This document shows, piece by piece, positions 48,901-61,550 of a stretch of DNA of 64,000 nt; positions within the stretch are counted from its first letter, which is position 1, and the number at the start of each line of letters is the position of its first letter. Under the pieces are notes generated by a model, which was given only the letters and a program-made list of their open reading frames with translations, was not told where the DNA came from and made no database searches. The position numbers were made by a program, and so were the translations under genes. The DNA comes from Klebsormidium nitens (taxonomy: Eukaryota > Plantae > Klebsormidiophyceae): positions 1 to 64,000 of the forward strand of contig DF237087.1 of the NCBI GenBank assembly GCA_000708835.1, in the 5' to 3' direction.

Positions 48901-49418
48901 GCCCGAGTTGCTTTACGAGTCTGTGACTCCATCAAGGAAAGCACTTTGGTTGAGACAGTCAGAACGTGAGAGTATCTCGCTGAAGTGCAAGAGAGCGCCC
49001 GGCGACGATGAAGCCTTCCTCGACTCGCAGCCTGTACTTGATGTTTGCCGTTTTTTCGTTCATGTCTCTCACCATCAACCAATATTTCCACGATCTTCAC
49101 AACTCTCCTAGAGGTCCTTCGTCGATCAACACCTTTTTGCTTCACAAAGCCTGCCAACGAGCAGTCACCTTCTCTTGATTGCTAATCTTAGACAAGTACA
49201 GACGTGAAGTAAACGACGACTGTGTGCATCCGCCTAGTTCGAAAATGGACCGGACGCCGTTAATCTGGTGATCCTGCTCCTTCTCCTGATGTCTCTTTCC
49301 TGAGGTTAACGCAATACGGACGGTGCGTGCAGGCGTCCGCATGGTCCCCGTGAGCTGGGAGAAAATGCAGTGCCCAAAAACGAAGGTGATCGAGCTGCGG
49401 AAAGTCGCCAAGACATGA
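45913..49418 (+). CDS. CSL4: Exosome complex component CSL4 (EXOSC1)
   Basis: Exons 45913-46077, 47029-47103, 47751-47839, 48168-48252, 48551-48632, 49333-49418 in phase (193 aa). S1-domain QQDVRATEIDKV, SFRPGDIVRAEVLSLGD, YYLSTAKNELGVV and C-terminal MVPVSWEKMQCP...ELRKVAK. Confidence 0.95.
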
Positions 49419-50626
49419 CGAACAGGTGGTGGCAAGTGGCACGACGCTCCGAGCGGAGAGGCACTGCCACGGCACAGCCGGAAACAGTAAGATAAAGCAA
49501 AAGGACCCGCGTTTTTGAGGTCCCAACTTGCTTCACAAGGAGAGCCGCTCGAGCTCACGCCTGTGTAGCCGCGGCGCTTGAATGTTCGCTCACGAAGCTC
49601 AAGTGCTGGTCACTGTGTTTGACCAGCTAAATTTTGTCCAAAGATACGTACATTCAGGACTCGTGCTTTTGAGCTTCTGATATCGACCATTCGCTGTGTG
49701 TTCTTTATTTGCATCATGTATGCAACTAAAATCACATGATGTTCGGTGAAAGCCCACATGCGGGTGCGGTAGACTGTAGGGAGCCGGGGCCAAGCTGGAA
49801 ATTGCTGACCGTTGAACGAAGTTTCGAAACTTGCCATATGTGGCTTTAATGTATACCACATTCGCTTTATGACCTAATCGTAGCGGCAAGTTTTTATTGG
49901 CGGTCAGAATAGTGCTGGATGTGCGTCGGGCCATGACGGCCAGCTTGCACTAGTGCTTAAGGCCCTTATTTAGTTGATAGAATCTCTGGCATACAGTCGA
50001 TCCGAGCATGCACTCGTGTTGAAACAGATGCGCAGCATTTGCATAGTTCGACATCTCCAACCCTTGGTCACGATCATGCTGCCTCATACAATGATTAAAT
50101 TCTGCGGAATCGAGTCCTTGGTAACTCGAAGCATTGCAACTGGACCATTCATTCAGCAAGACATTGCCACGAGTTGGCCCGTGGAGAGCAATAACACTTT
50201 GAAGCGGAGCTCCAGGGCAGATGACCACAATTTTTGTGTGGGCATGCTGATTCACCCGCTGCCTTTTCTCAACCTGACAGATGGATGATACTCAGTGACC
50301 ACCTTGCAGGCTAATCTACGTAAGTCTACCAGAAAATGTTTCCGCTTTACAATGTACAATAGTATTGCTCCTTTGATTAACCAGATGAGCAGTCTGGTTC
50401 GACTTTGTCAACCGACTTGCTCACCTAGGAGTGTGAAACACTCCGGCCAAGGGATGGACTGCAGGCATGTATAGACACAATGTTCAAATTTGGTTCCTTC
50501 CAATCTGTCCCGTAAAGATGAGTCCGAGTACCTAGCCTCTTAGAGGTCGACGGCTTCACGTGTCATCCCAAGCATCTACAAGCACGGAAGAGCTACCTAT
50601 GAATCTGCAGCGGGGCAGCTCATGTC

Positions 50627-50775
50627 CCGTCGTCATCTGAGCAAAGCAATGTAGCGGATGAGGATACTAGCCACGCCTTGCTCAAATGTCTCAACGTCAA
50701 GCTTGCGTTTACTTCTGGCCCCAGAATTCAAGTACCGTCGTCATCTGAGCCAAGCGATATAGCGGATGAGGATAC
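50627..50775. repeat. Two 41-bp direct repeats, each able to fold as a hairpin
   Basis: Copies at 50627-50667 and 50735-50775 differ at 3 positions. Confidence 0.9.
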
Positions 50776-52785
50776 GAACAAAACCATTGATCAAACGTGA
50801 GAGATGACACTCATTACTAAAAGCTACTCCTGCTTAGATGCTCTGGGACTCGACATGACATTGGCGACCGAGAAACCGCCAAGTGAGGAACTTCTGGCAG
50901 CCAGTGAAGAGAAGAGGTAAAAGAAACCCACAGCAACAGTTGATTGGAATCTCCATTACATGAACAATCAAACAGTCATTCAGTTGGAAAGCCAAACCGC
51001 GTTTGCACCAGGGCAGCTGAAATGGGTTAGCGCTGCTGAAGAAGGCAGAAGAAGGCAGCTTAGGGAACGTGGATCAAGTCAGATCCCAAACCCGCTCACC
51101 TTGTTGCAAAGCTGTATGCTCGCCCTCCACTCCCAGCATCGACACTAACCGAGAAGCCGCCACGATCGCATATCGCGGGTACAATGAGCGGGTTGCACAA
51201 GGTTTTCGCGACGCACTGCAGACGTAAGAGCTGACTGAATATGTCTCAAATCTTACAATGACCTGCAAGGGATTCCATTGACCTTGTTCCACGCTTTTGG
51301 CAGTGGAATAAAAGAGCAGAAGGTACTCTTGATTTAGCTATCTCTATGTCTGGCAAAGTCTTGCAGATATGTGCGCTCTAGGTCAAGTCTGAATGAAAGA
51401 GCATTGACCTGCGTTTCCACAGAAAAGCTCCTTCCTGTGACTGGATGTGCTGCCACTGGTCACCATGAAGCCATAAAGGGTACACAATGCTGTCAACTGA
51501 CACCATTGGCAAAGCGGCAAGGAGGTGCAAAGTCAGAAACTTCCAGCAGGCCTTAAGGCAGTCAGACAGGAATATTCTGTGCAAGGTCATCCGAACAGAT
51601 CTAAGTTGGTAATGGTGGTGCAAATCAGACGGGCCAGAGCATAGTCCACATGATGTCAAGAGTGCCTTGACCACTTCCCCATCACAGCGCCAAGCGCGCT
51701 TCATGACAAAACTGTGGCTTGAATCGTACCTCGCAAAACTATGGTGCATGCTGCCTTCGCTCTCAAACAAGCTCGCCCTCGGAACCCGCCCAGAACTTCC
51801 TACATTCGCAGGCGCCCCACGCCTTGCTGTACCTTTACAGCTTGTGCTACTTGCACTCTCTGCTACATTTCCCATGCCGGTACTTCCTGCCCTTCTCCCC
51901 GCGGTCTGTGCTGCCCCACCGAAGGACTTGGCAAACTGCTGAAAGCGAGACGCAGCCCGAAATCCTGCGCCGCTTGCCATAACACCCTGCTATGCAAGTC
52001 ACCAAAGGCACCCGCGCATATTCCAAGTGCTATCTAGAGCCAATTGAAGCAACTGCTGGCACTCCTCACGAGCACCACCCACTACACACCTTTTGAGGCC
52101 TGCTGAACCGCCAAATCGCTACGCAGGGCAAGACAATGGATTGACCCCCAACCTGGCTGTGATCGACCTTCCTCCTCAAGCTTTTCGAAGCGAGACAGCG
52201 CGGATGATTTGGCAGAATCTAGACTTTTCAAAACCTCGCACAGAAGCTTGAGCAGGCTTTGCGGGTTTGCCCTCCTTGAACGTGCTGGCCGCGGCCCCCT
52301 CGTCTCCTTCCTCCCTTCAAACAAACCGCCCGAAGAACACGGAACGCTTGCGGTCCTTCTCCTCCGATGCCACTGATATCAGATCCTGACCGTAAGATAA
52401 ACTTATCAGCAGTTTTGAATCGTCCGATGAACGCCAACCGCCCCGTCGCATTCACCCCTGCCCTTCTGTTCATTCTTCGCAGAGAGTGCTTTTGAGGGAG
52501 GACGGCAAGAGAAAGAGGGAGCCATTCTCGGCTTGGAAGGGCGTTCTTGAGCTGCTTCTTCCCCCAGGCAGCTGCTGATTGAGCTTCTGAGCTGGTGCCT
52601 TCTCGTTCTTTGGTCAGAGCTCGATTTGCACTTCGTCTCCTGCGCACGTCTGAAGCACAGGCACTCTGCCTCATTTCTTGCCTGCGAGAGCACCCTTTGA
52701 GGCCGAAGACAAGTCTCCATTGTCAAGCTCGTTGCTGTCAAAAGTCGAGTCCCTCAGATTCTGGAGAGACCTACCAATCTGAAGG

Positions 52786-55700
52786 ATGGCGCAGCCAACT
52801 CCTTACTCGTACTTCCGGCCTCCTGTGCCTGTGGACCCTGCAAATGGCCAGAAGGGCCCAGTGTTGACCCCAATGTTTGACACACTAGGCATTCCGCTTG
52901 CACCTGTTCCCACTGGACGGATACAGTTTGAGCCCCCCAACTATGGACCTGGTAAGCTAGTCTCGCGGTTTTCTGTAACTTGGTTAAGATGGCTGCAGGG
53001 GGTTGGGAGTCTGTGCAGTGGACAGGAAAGAGTAGATGGATAGCCTCCGCTTGCATCCCTTTGCAAATGTGCTTTTTGATGATCGTATACAGCTTATGTA
53101 ATGCAAGTAGAAGTTCAGCGGAGTAAAGTTTACACTTAGATGTTTCTCAGCTAGTAGAGGGACTGCCCCAATCTGCGCATATTTCCTGCTCATATTCTGC
53201 ACAGATGCATTGGCTCAGACTTGATCATTCAAAGTTGCTGGGGAAAGACTGTTCTGATCTCTCGGGAGCTGATGGAGCGAACACATATTGACCTTAAATG
53301 GCCCAAGTATCCATGGGCTGACTAACCGCCGAATTTCAAGGGAAAAAGTACACAGATACTTAACACTGTGTCTGCAGACGTGACAGTGGTTCCGCTTGCC
53401 CCTGCCCTTGAGAACCCCCTGCTACGGCTGCCCCCCATGGGGGCCCAGGCATCATATATTGCTTCCCCCCCAAGGGGAAAGAGAGGAGAGGTACGCGGAG
53501 AAGATTCAATATTGTGGATAAGCCTGGTCTCTACTTAGTAACATCTGAATGCCGCATCAGTGCCTTTTTGCTTATTGATGTGACAAACATCATGAATCTT
53601 CTTTATGCATGCTTTTCAACGTTGAACTAGCTTTTCTTTCCTCTTCGGCCTTGGAACACAAACGGGCTTCTGAAGGTTTGCTTGTGCAGTGTGCTTGTGC
53701 TGCGAGATTCTTGAGATGGTATGTATAAAACCTGAAAGCTGTACGCTTGGCAGCTTTGTAGTTCATCTGGTCCCTTCATAGATGCACCATTTGGCAGCTT
53801 TGAAATTCATCTGGTCACTTCATTGATGCACCATGGAACTTGTGTCAATCATGAAGCAGAGGATGATGCAAAAGAAGGCAGATCTAACTAAGCAGAGTTA
53901 ACTGGAAGTTGTTGTACTTAAGCGAAGTTTATAATGATTCCTTTGCTGAAGTACAGTATCTGCGAATCCAATTCATTCCAGTCAGATTTTCAATGTCTTT
54001 TAGCTTGCAGAGATGGATGATGAGGCAGTATGGAAGTGTGGCCTCACCCGCAACTTTCTCGGCTTTAACCCCAACCCCAGCCAGATCCTTAACTCCTTAG
54101 CAAGCCTCTATACTGGACTGAAAGTAACCCTCTAACCCGTTCGTTCATATTAATGTATGGTTGGGAGATGTTTCACAAGGGTGGTCGACCAACACTTGTC
54201 ACTGCTGTTGACCCCTTGTCAGGACAAGGAGTCGATTAAGGTCTCAGAAACATCAGAAAGAGTGCTTTTTGGCCGCCGCAGGTTGTCCGGCCGCCAGAGG
54301 ACCGAGAGGAGCGGCAGGCTTATGAGGAAAAGAAGAAGTTTGCCATCTCGCTGATCAAGCGGTTGCCAATGGACACGCGCAAGCTGATCTGTGTGGCAGA
54401 GTACTTTAAGCACATGGAACAGGGGAAGCTCAGGAAGCCAGAGGCGTTCAAGTGAGCGAAGTTCTCGTAGTTGCCTGTTTGACCGTTTCTTCTAAGCTTG
54501 ATAAGTCGAGCTAGGGTCAAAAGAGCGAGCAGTCATCAGGTTGATAATCTTCTGTGATTGTAATCTGCTCTGGATCAACCCAGTCACTTTATCACATTCC
54601 TCAAACGCAGCCTCCTAAAACCACACTCAAACATCCGTCGGAGGTCGACCATGCTTTCGCCGTTCTTCTCAGAGGACTCCGAAATGTCTCTATAAAGTAG
54701 ATGACCAGTGGTGGCAGCGATCTCGTACCATCACAGAGTATTGTTCTCTTTCCGGCCGAGTATTCCTCTAGTTGCAGACAACTATGTTCACCGGGTTTTA
54801 GTCCGACTTCTTCTTCACAAACGGTATCTATCTAACGCAACCGTTGGTCTGCTGCACAGACTTTTACAATGTTTCGGTGGTGGAATCTCGTGTGACGGGA
54901 CGTGTTTGCTGACTAGATTGTATTACAAGCAAGAGTCCTTGAATCATTGGATAAAAATGTTGTTGCCATGCTTAATTTCGTTTACACTTTCACCTTCCTG
55001 TTTTCGTTCCTTTTCTCTCGTCCGTTCTTTTTGCTCTGCTCGTATGCTCCCGTCCCCCTCAGCCGTATCGTCTTCGTTCTCCTTCCTCCGGTCGATCCCC
55101 ATACCCACACTGAAGCCGATTCCAATTCTCACGTTTGAAGTGTTCTTAACTCTCTGCAGGGCGGCTGGCGAGTCCGCAGGCACCAGTGCAAAGTCCGCGA
55201 TGAACTGGGTGGAGGACTTCACGGCGCGTGGCGACGGGACCTTCTCCGAGTCCAAGCGCGGGAAGCACGCCAAGAGCCCGTGGCTGCTGCAGGCGCCACA
55301 CCTGCAGGCGCGCGCACAGCAGTGGCTCAAAGAGCAGACGGCGCCAGAAAGGGTCCCCCAGAAAAACGGCTCCCTGTCCAGGTAAGCAAACAGGGGAGGT
55401 CATGACTCGGTCCCCAGAAGCAGCCATTGTTGGATAGTCGAGGAGAGATCTGGCTGTGTTGATGGACGATAGAAGCGGTTTGGCCAGACCGTTTGTGCAG
55501 CTGATGCTTTCCTGGCGTGACAACTGTTGCCTTCGAGTAGCTCGCAGCGAGTCCACCAGAAGGATCCCGGGCGCTTGCTGCTCACCAATCAAAGCCAGCT
55601 CGTTCTGATGCTTCCGCTTACTATCGAGCTCATTGGCTGCTTATAGTATCTCTAACGGCGGATTTTCAAGCACAACTTTCTCTTTAACTAGGTTGTCGAG

Positions 55701-56206
55701 CTGTCGACGGGCCAACACTGCTGCTCTTCTCTAGCAGCTTCTAGCTTGCTCACGTTGCCGCTAGTCGTACAGCAGCAGGTGGCAGATTGACTGCTCTTCT
55801 GGAGTGGTTCGGTATAGCTCGGGGATCAGTGCCAGAGACACTTAGATGCTCACTCCGCTTGATGTGTTTGTGCAGAGCCTTCCAAGAGTACTGCAACAAC
55901 GAGCTCCTGATTGACGCGGAGGTCCCAAAACCAAAGAAACGGAAAACCGACGCAACCGAGGCTGTCGACGAAGAAGCGCCCCCTGATGCTTCTGGAGCGC
56001 GAAGGATCTCGCAAAAGACCGCGCGAGCATGGTTACACAAGCTTGGATATGATAGCAAGCACAAGGCCATGGCCGGGGACGTAGACAATGAGCTAGATGT
56101 GACCGTTATTGCGGGGCGCTTGCCGGGCGTGGATGATGGCCGGGATCCTGAGGATTTGCCCATCGTGCAGCCCAACCAGTCGCTGCAAGAACAATTACGG
56201 TCGTAG
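52786..56206 (+). CDS. Spliced gene resembling the N-terminal (HTH) region of a Tc1/mariner-like transposase, lacking the DDE domain; link of the first two exons unresolved
   Basis: Exons 54011-54123, 54282-54451, 55160-55381, 55876-56206 join in phase. Exons 52786-52951 and 53378-53490 join each other but need one more phase-shifting exon to link downstream. Motifs WVEDF...ESKRGKH, FQEYCNNELL, RISQKTARAWLHKLGY and NLS-like PKPKKRK. Confidence 0.6.
53747..53834. repeat. 44-bp imperfect tandem duplication (intronic)
   Basis: TTGGCAGCTTTG...GATGCACCAT at 53747-53790 and 53791-53834, few mismatches. Confidence 0.9.
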
Positions 56207-57041
56207 GGTCGTCCCTTGAAACTCAGATTTTATGTGGGGTTCATGTGTACATAGCGTTCGTGTATGGATTCCGTCTGCCCTGTCAGATTGGACGCTCGAA
56301 CTTCGGATCATGGGTTTTCCATTAAGTTCGATCGCGATCGACGTAACTAGGAAGGCAGCATGCCAATCACAACTGCATAGTCGCATGGCTACGGATATCC
56401 AGTACGTACGAGCCTAATGAAGCGTTGTTGGATCGTCGAATCTTTGGCTGCGGCCATATATACAGTATGCATTCACGATCGACGGGCACATGTATATGAA
56501 AGGGTCTGCAGCAGGTATCGCATGAGCAGCTGCATGCATGCTTGCCAGATTGCTAAATGCACACTGAACTTGCGGACCGCCAATAATCACGTACGTCACG
56601 AGGCGGCCGCTCACCTGCATTCACAATCTAGCACTTACCTGAGATCGCAATTTCCGCGTTCAAACCACAATCTGTATGGAGCGGCAGCTAAGTCGAACAA
56701 GTCGTTGATGACCCATCATAGTCCGCGCAAGGCCTGTCTGGTCTTGCAGTCTGCAGCGACTGGTGTTCACAATGAAAACGAGTCTCCCGCAGCAAACTTT
56801 TTCGACCAGACAACTTGTTCTCAGGCAGAAAAAGCCGCAATGCCGCCAAGTGCTTGATCCTGCTCACCTGGCCCCCTTACTCAGGACGGCAGAGAGAGGA
56901 CTGCTGTCAGTGCCAAATTCACAATCTGCGCTGCTCTTTGTATGTACATGCCTAGATATCGATACAGACTGCTTGCCTAGAGCTAAGGTGTGCGGTCGAC
57001 TAAGGGAAGAAAAAAAGACGGGATACCAATAATATCAGAAG

Positions 57042-59911
57042 CTATGTACCAGCGGCATCGCTTTTTGTCCGTTTGAAAACGTTTTTCCGATAGTACTTCA
57101 ACTCCTCTATACTTTCCCTGATGTCCGCAAGAGCTCTGTGCTCTTGCTTTTTCACGGGTGCTCGCTCCGCATCTGCACGAACCAGAAAGGTGCATTATCT
57201 CACTGCGCATCCTGCCAAATCTGTCCGAAGTACCTGGGACCATCACAAGCAGCGAAACAACAAAAAGCAAACCGGATCACACTTAGTGAAAGCTTCTCTT
57301 GGAGATAACGACCACTACGGCCGCCTTAAGTATCTGTTTTTCCTGCTCTCGGATAAAGCTTTCGACCATTTGGGACAGGCAATCAGCTACCGACGACACA
57401 AGAAGCAGCAAAGTAGGCTGGGCGTCGAAGCTGGGCAGCAGAGCTTCCGCAGTCCGCAGAGAAAGGAGCCATAGCCGCGGTTCGTAACGGGGTTCCAACT
57501 CACTGGGTTCTGAAGACGAGGCTCACCTTTCGGATACCATCGCCGAGCCAACGACCTCAACGTACTCACGTCCACCAACACGTGTGAGAAGTGTGCCGCC
57601 AGCTTGGGCATATACCGCTGTGCCAGAACGGAGTAATGAATGTTAACTGCCGGAACTAAACAATCTGGTCACAACCGACTGCCAACTCCTGACTCTCTAA
57701 CTAGTCTACACGCCAGTGACTTCGATTCTGAAGCTAGTGGTACCACTTGGAAACTCATGGGGGGATCTTCGTCAGGTTGAGGCTCAAAGCAATTTGAAGA
57801 AATTTTTCCTTCCAAATGACGTGTGCTCAGTTGCATGGTTTTCACCGTTCATTTTCGCAGGGAAAGAGCACATTCCAGGACTGGGTGTCGTCGGCAGGAG
57901 TATACCTTCAAGAACGCCAAGTCCGCATGGATCGAGTTCCCCGCTAGCTGCGCCGCTCCGGGCGTTGTATGCTCTTGCACAAACACCAACACCTGCATGG
58001 AAGCGACATGGGAACTTATGATAAAAGACCCCAGATTCGAAATCCAAGTTGTTTGAGACTTTTTTACTGCCAGCTTCGAGGGTCATCCTTCAGGTCAAGT
58101 CAAGAACGTTTTAGTGGAGTTTCAACATTCGAAGGACATCCCTCAGGAAACTGATTCCTAGATCTATGGATTCATACGATCACCCAAATTCACGTCTGCC
58201 AAGTTGGTGCACTTGGCTTTCAGCAAAGGGCGTTCAGCTTCGCCGATAGTCCTTCTATCTTGGATTGGCCATTGCCAGGATACCAATCAACGAAACCGAT
58301 CGACAGTTTACAGGCCTGTTTGACCTGCGACTACGAGTTGGGACTTAGCCAGTAGTCCGGAAGGACGGCAAGTGTACCGAAAATTGGTCCGGATAATGCT
58401 CCAAGAAGTGGTGATTACTGAACCAGGGGTTTGATTCAAATGATGATCTAAGAACAACTAATAACTCAAGCTCCGATCAGCTATACTTTCAACAAGACGT
58501 CTTGGCTGGTCCTCGAAACAAACCTGCACCTACCTTTTCCTCCGCCTCTTCGATAGACACTGTGCTACTCCGAACCCTCTCCGTCAGCCCTGCACAAACA
58601 CAGCTGCGTCTGCTTAAACTGCTGTTATGCATCCTTTTGAGAAGGGCACCAAACATCGGGATAAGCTTTGTGCGGCAGATGCCTCATTCTCTCAGTAAGT
58701 ATGGGGCATTCTTCGGCTCACTCTGCTCTTAAGCTAAATTCTAGTCCTTTAATCCTCTTAGGTGAGCAGAAGAGATTTATCATCACTGGGTTCAAATGGG
58801 TTTTCAGTCAGCACAAGAGAATTACTGCCTGCGACTTTCGTGAGCTACACGGATTCGTGAACGCCTGATGATGGTTGTAGACAAAGATCTTCGATGGTCA
58901 AACAGATTTTTCTTCAAGCGTTTTAAAGCAAACTGCGGCCCTGTCAAACAGGCAAGTTGGTCTTGTCGCAGAAAGGAACACTCCAGAAAGTCATGGGCAT
59001 TGTCAGTTGGTGTCCAGGAGAATCGGATTCCGCGTGAATGTTTCAATAATGTAGATGGTCATTTCTTATTCAAACCTGTTTGGAAACCCTCCTCAACCTA
59101 ACCAACTCAGGGGGTGCATACCGCTCTTTCCATGGTGCTCCTTGCACCAGTCGTTCATGCAGTCTAGTGCTGCCTCAGGGGCGTGGATGACAAGGTCCGG
59201 ACCCTCGATCTGCTTTTCTAGGTTTCCGTCCGTGACGATGCAGGCAACCTCGATGATCTGGTCCTTTTCCACCTCCAAGCCTGGCTCAAAGAAAATGTTA
59301 GTTCCTTCTCAAATTGTAAGTCAAAATTTAAAGTCGAGGTTCTTCTTCGCTGGGTTTCCAAAGGCTGTAAATCCAGAGTATCGAAAGATAGCCGTTTAAT
59401 GGCAATACATCGACTTCCAGAGTCGTCTTGGCGTATGTGCACGGGCAGATGGTGGTGCGATCAAAGATTTAATGATACACGCTTCCTTCTTTAGATGCAA
59501 AGCTGCGAATGTCATGATCTTCCTTCTCGTTTTGACAGCTTTAAAACCTGAACAGCAGTCAGGGCAAAGATCCCTAATGAATGAAGAGAGCGAACGCCAC
59601 CACCTGCAAGCGAGACCCAACTGTCTGCATTCAGAAAAGTAGATATTGTTGACATCAATGGTGGTGCACCTCTTGATTTCACAGTTTCACTCACCCGTCA
59701 TCTCAAGGTCAAGCCACACAAGGGGCAACTTCAGCCTCGTTTTCCTCAAACCATTCTGGTCCTGCTCCTTCTTCTCCCCTGTTTTAAACCCTTTCCCTGA
59801 CTGGTTGCCCCCCGTTGCCTTCTTTGCATCATGAGCCGCCAACTCTGCGGCCTCCTCCTCTGGCTGCTCCAGATTCAGAGCACTGAATAGGTTGCGGAAC
59901 GACAAGCTCAT
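57042..59911 (-). CDS. ORN: Oligoribonuclease (ORN/REXO2, DEDDh exonuclease)
   Basis: Exons 59911-59695, 59280-59122, 58589-58534, 57992-57906, 57617-57527, 57172-57042 in phase (246 aa). Exo[24 protein letters not shown], Exo[20 protein letters not shown], Exo[14 protein letters not shown]. Confidence 0.96.
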
Positions 59912-60304
59912 CTTGAACACGAAAGCCGAATCATGAGCGTTTCGTGCTAGAGGGTTTGGATATGTGAAAGATCATACCAAGCGAGTGAGGATTTTGACAA
60001 CACCGCACTTGCGAGCTTCTGGCAAGTCCTTCAATTGGCGGTGGTGCAAAAGTAATTGACAGAGTTGAAGCACGGCCGCTCGTGGAAAACGCATTGACTG
60101 CAGCACAACGGGCACAATCTTGACGATTTCACCTCCTCCGCTAAAGATCATTTGAAGCGGGGGCCACAGCGTCCTAAGATCTTATGTGGCTTTGCCTAGC
60201 TGCCTCCAATGCCTCGGGGAAGTTGCGTGCCCGTTGCATTCAAATTCCAGAAGTTGGTTGCAACCTCTTGCATGCAACTTGGAAATGGGAATGGGGGCCC
60301 GGGC

Positions 60305-60360
60305 AGTCTTGAGTCTGACTCCGACTCTGAGTCTGAGTCTGACTCCTGAGTCTGAAGTTG
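60305..60360. repeat. Degenerate GAGTCT/GACTCC hexamer microsatellite between the divergent ORN and UGT80 genes
   Basis: gtcttgagtctgactccgactctgagtctgagtctgactcctgagtctga is directly visible. Confidence 0.7.
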
Positions 60361-61550
60361 AGTGGGCACTTCGAAGTTTCAAACTCGTTGGCGGCAACGG
60401 GTCCATTCACACAAGCCATCTCTGGGAGGTGGTGGCGCGCGGGTGGCATGTAAGCTAAAAGTGTGAATACTGGCGAGTTTTCCCTGATTCTGGGGCAAAG
60501 CCCCTGAAGACTGCGCTGCGTGAGCCTAGGACCAGGTATGCCAATGGCAATGCCAATGGCGGGTGTGTCTTGGGAGCTTCGGGTACTACCCAGGCCAAGG
60601 AAGGGCAGAGGAAGGGGTCTAGATATCTGAGGCTTATTTTTGGCTAGCCTGCAACAATCAAATCCCAAAGGCACGGTTTCTCTTAAGCGGTACGGCACTT
60701 TGCAACGCCGCCGCTGTTCCCGCTGAATGGATTAGCAAGCCCCAAAAGCAAAGCGTCTTTCTGGCAGAATTGAGAGGCGGTTGTTGCTACCTCCCTGCTT
60801 TCAAAGCAGTTAGTATAATGAAGCGTCGGTGAAGTTTCAGGCCCAATTCTCCTCTGCGAGAATATCGATAAGTGAGAGTAACTCAGCAAAGTTGGCTTAG
60901 GCAGGTGATCCAGGCCCAGTGATATAAGGAGGAGTTTGACCCACAAGTAAGGAGTCAATTTTATCCCTTTTTGGTAGCTACCTTACATAGATGGCGGCTA
61001 GACGGTGAAAGTATTCGAAATGACTGGATGCTGTACCGTTCTTCTCGCACTCCGGAACTTGATTCTACACAGTCCCAGGTTCTCTTGTTGAGCTTGTTTC
61101 ACATAGATTGAAGCACAACCTTTGCAAAGCGCGTCGATCCATGCCCTTGCTTGACGAGCTCTCGTTCTGGGATTTTAGGACTGCTCAAATTCTCTCTATG
61201 GAGTTTTCGTGAGATCCTCCCTTTGCCTTTTCAGATTTCTGATTGGCGTTAGAAGGACAGGTTTACTGCACAAGGACCTTCTGTATTTGCGAACTTCTGG
61301 GCTTCATAAGTATCCCTTTGAATCTGCTCCTGGCAGGGCATATACAGACTGGATGGCACAAACTAGACTGACTCTCTCAAAAGCTGCCCTCCCAAACCTT
61401 CATCGTCTTCAGGATTCCGCCAGCATTGCATCACGGCTTCCTCCTGTCTGCAATCGAATCCCCATGTGTCCGGCACCAAGTCAAAGCCTATGCTAATCAT
61501 TGCACCCATGAAGTGCCCGCCGAGTTCTGCTGACATCCTCCCCTTGTTCT

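Noticed and set aside
50627-50775. CRISPR-like repeat-spacer pattern
   Set aside because: Only two repeats, 41 bp long, in eukaryotic context with no cas genes.
54944-55330. Antisense ORF with a highly charged tail
   Set aside because: It overlaps a plus-strand exon, and the charged part is the reverse complement of an intronic polypyrimidine tract.
41840-56470. Shared GGCCATATATA word at about 41860 and 56452 as a dispersed repeat or TIR
   Set aside because: The match is only about 11 bp, in direct orientation, with unrelated flanks.
60182-60698. ORFs containing LTPTLSLSL / SQTQTQSRSQ repeats
   Set aside because: Translations of the hexamer microsatellite in the divergent ORN-UGT80 promoter interval.
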